A DNA stretch of 63,166 nt, filler included, from Rhabdomonas costata (lineage: Eukaryota), in the NCBI GenBank assembly GCA_019059605.1. It is 39 parts of 39 records of this genome, joined end to end, with 100 filler letters (N's around TTAATTAATTAA, not from the genome) between each part and the next. Parts side by side here need not be neighbours in the genome. Positions count along the whole stretch, not along the records: positions 61,645 to 63,166 come from JAHMHO010013900.1; 38 more parts are not named here. One strand, 5' to 3'. The translations under genes and the position numbers were made by a program. Positions 61,757 through 63,166 of the stretch are shown piece by piece (position 1 is the stretch's first letter; each line of letters starts with the position of its first letter). Under the pieces are notes generated by a model. That model was given only the letters and a program-made list of their open reading frames with translations. It had not been told where the DNA came from and did no database searches.

Positions 61757-61993
61757 TTTTTGGCCCTTTGCAGGCCTGCGTACTGAGCCTAAGCTTTCGG
61801 CCGGGCCTGCTTAGCATCCCTAAGGGTAGAGCCCAGAAGTACTTCATGCCTGCACCGGAGTGGGCCGGAATGCTTAGGTTTAGAGCCACGCTAGAGGCCA
61901 TCTCAGGGCCGTTTTGGGGTGTTTTTGAGCCCTTTTTGCCTTCACACAGGCTTGCAAGGGCCCTTTTTGGCCCTTTGCAGGCCTGCGTACTGA
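61757..61993 (+). repeat. 30-bp exact direct repeat within a satellite-like stretch
   Basis: TTTTTGGCCCTTTGCAGGCCTGCGTACTGA at 61757-61786 and 61964-61993. Confidence 0.9.
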
Positions 61994-62194
61994 TAAGAGA
62001 AAGAACTGTAGGCTGGTGCACCGTCCGCCCACCTGCACGCCGGTGTGCCAGCAACGATTTTTTTGTTGTCAATGGGGTTCTCGTAATCCTTTTGAACTCC
62101 CGGAGTGTGAATCGAACTTGTGTTTGTGTACGCGGCTGAGCTGACTAGGTTGGCTTAGGTCACATTGCATCTACGGAGTATTGTATCGTGCTAG

Positions 62195-62391
62195 GTGGTG
62201 CTGGTGGCAGCAACAAGGAGGACCCGCGGCTGAATCTACTGTCGGCGTCGGTGCGGGAGAAAATGAGCCGGCAGTTGGGCGTTGAGGAGGGAGAACTGGA
62301 GGGGGAATCCAGGGCAGCTGTAAACACCCTGTTCTCAAACTCTGCGGACGCGTTCGGCGCCTTGCAAGCCTTACACCATGCAGAAGCGGAG
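62195..62391 (+). CDS. Exon of hypothetical protein
   Basis: TAG acceptor, GAGGSNKEDPRLNLLSASVREKMSRQLG..LHHAEAE, GT donor. Confidence 0.45.
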
Positions 62392-63166
62392 GTCCTAAAT
62401 CCCCCACAACGCACGCTGGGGGTGCCCCCCCCAGACAACCCCAGCACGTACAACTGCAACCTGCGAGAAGAATGTTTCCTCCTTTGGGCCCGTTAAATGA
62501 ACCACGAAATCAAAAGAAAAGGCCAGTGGTGGAAAGCCGCTTGGTTGGCCAGATGGTTCTTGGTGGGGCTACATTGTCTGGATTCCACATCGCAACGGAT
62601 CTGTCCTTGTCTCCGGTTTGTGCTGGCCCATGGGAGATCACCTCCACAACCTCAAACTTGCGTTTCGGAAAAGTTCTCAGCTCCCCAACTGAAACACAGG
62701 TTTGGACAAAAGGTCTAGAGGACGCAAAGGATAGGAAACGACTACTCAAACGAACGAAGATAAAAAGAAGCCGCACATCTATGGTCAATTTTCGCTTTTT
62801 TGCAGGTTGGCCCATCCCTTCGTCTGCAAAGGGATCCTATCAAAGTGTTGAAATCAAACTTGCACCGCTAGCAAATGCGTTTGCATCGCATTCTTGGACA
62901 CCTAACATAACTTATGTAAAATTGCAGACCGCTTGTTTACTTTTGAGTGTCCTTACGCAGATTTGAGTGTCCGCATGCACGCTGAAGTGTCCCCTGAGCA
63001 TCCCTTCTTAAATTACTGAGGCTTTGCCCCATTTTGCGCAAAAAAAAAACTTTGTTTGATTGACAGCGGTCTACTTGGCAATCCGTCAAGTCGAAACCAA
63101 CCGAAAACACAACAGGACATTCTTGCGCAAACTGTAGCCGGCAAGCCTTAGCCACAAAAAACCAAA

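Noticed and set aside
62938..62995. ACTTTTGAGTGTCC resembling the Euglena spliced-leader exon
   Set aside because: The match is short, lacks the T-rich 3' half and splice donor, and is part of a local GTGTCC triplication.
1..63166. Gene-neighbourhood or operon-like systems across the window
   Set aside because: Contigs are unrelated and appear grouped by length; adjacency across spacers is meaningless.

Overview
This is not one locus. It is 39 unrelated contigs of about 1.52 kb joined by 38 artificial 100-nt spacers (44 N + TTAATTAATTAA + 44 N), so neighbours across spacers have no biological meaning. Most contigs begin with G/T-only and end with A/C-only sequence, and several carry terminal fold-backs, which points to whole-genome-amplified (probably single-cell) DNA. 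The organism is an intron-rich, flagellated eukaryote. A euglenid/euglenozoan is my best guess (CFAP65, WS/DGAT, GT/GC-AG introns, splice acceptors just upstream of start codons), but that is inference. Recognisable gene fragments: WS/DGAT, DDX49/Dbp8-like helicase, nicalin, a WD40 protein, an ABCB transporter, an IPT/TIG protein, a BTB protein, WDR36/Utp21, CFAP65, CysRS, a class III nucleotide cyclase, an IQ-motif protein, a Pcf11-like protein, a zinc-finger protein and an FAD monooxygenase. Mobile DNA: two decayed Ty3/Gypsy copies of one family and a DIRS-type RNase H end. Best leads: (1) a ~110-nt element found in three unrelated contigs, each time apparently intronic and in the same orientation relative to the host gene; (2) a protein of nine exactly 39-aa helical repeats; (3) an ADP-ribosyltransferase-like ORF; (4) a YR-retroelement end followed by a Cys/His-rich frame; (5) an 81-nt imperfect hairpin next to a TAG-rich satellite. 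No CRISPR array, rRNA or tRNA gene was recognised. All family assignments come from motif recognition by eye, not database searches.
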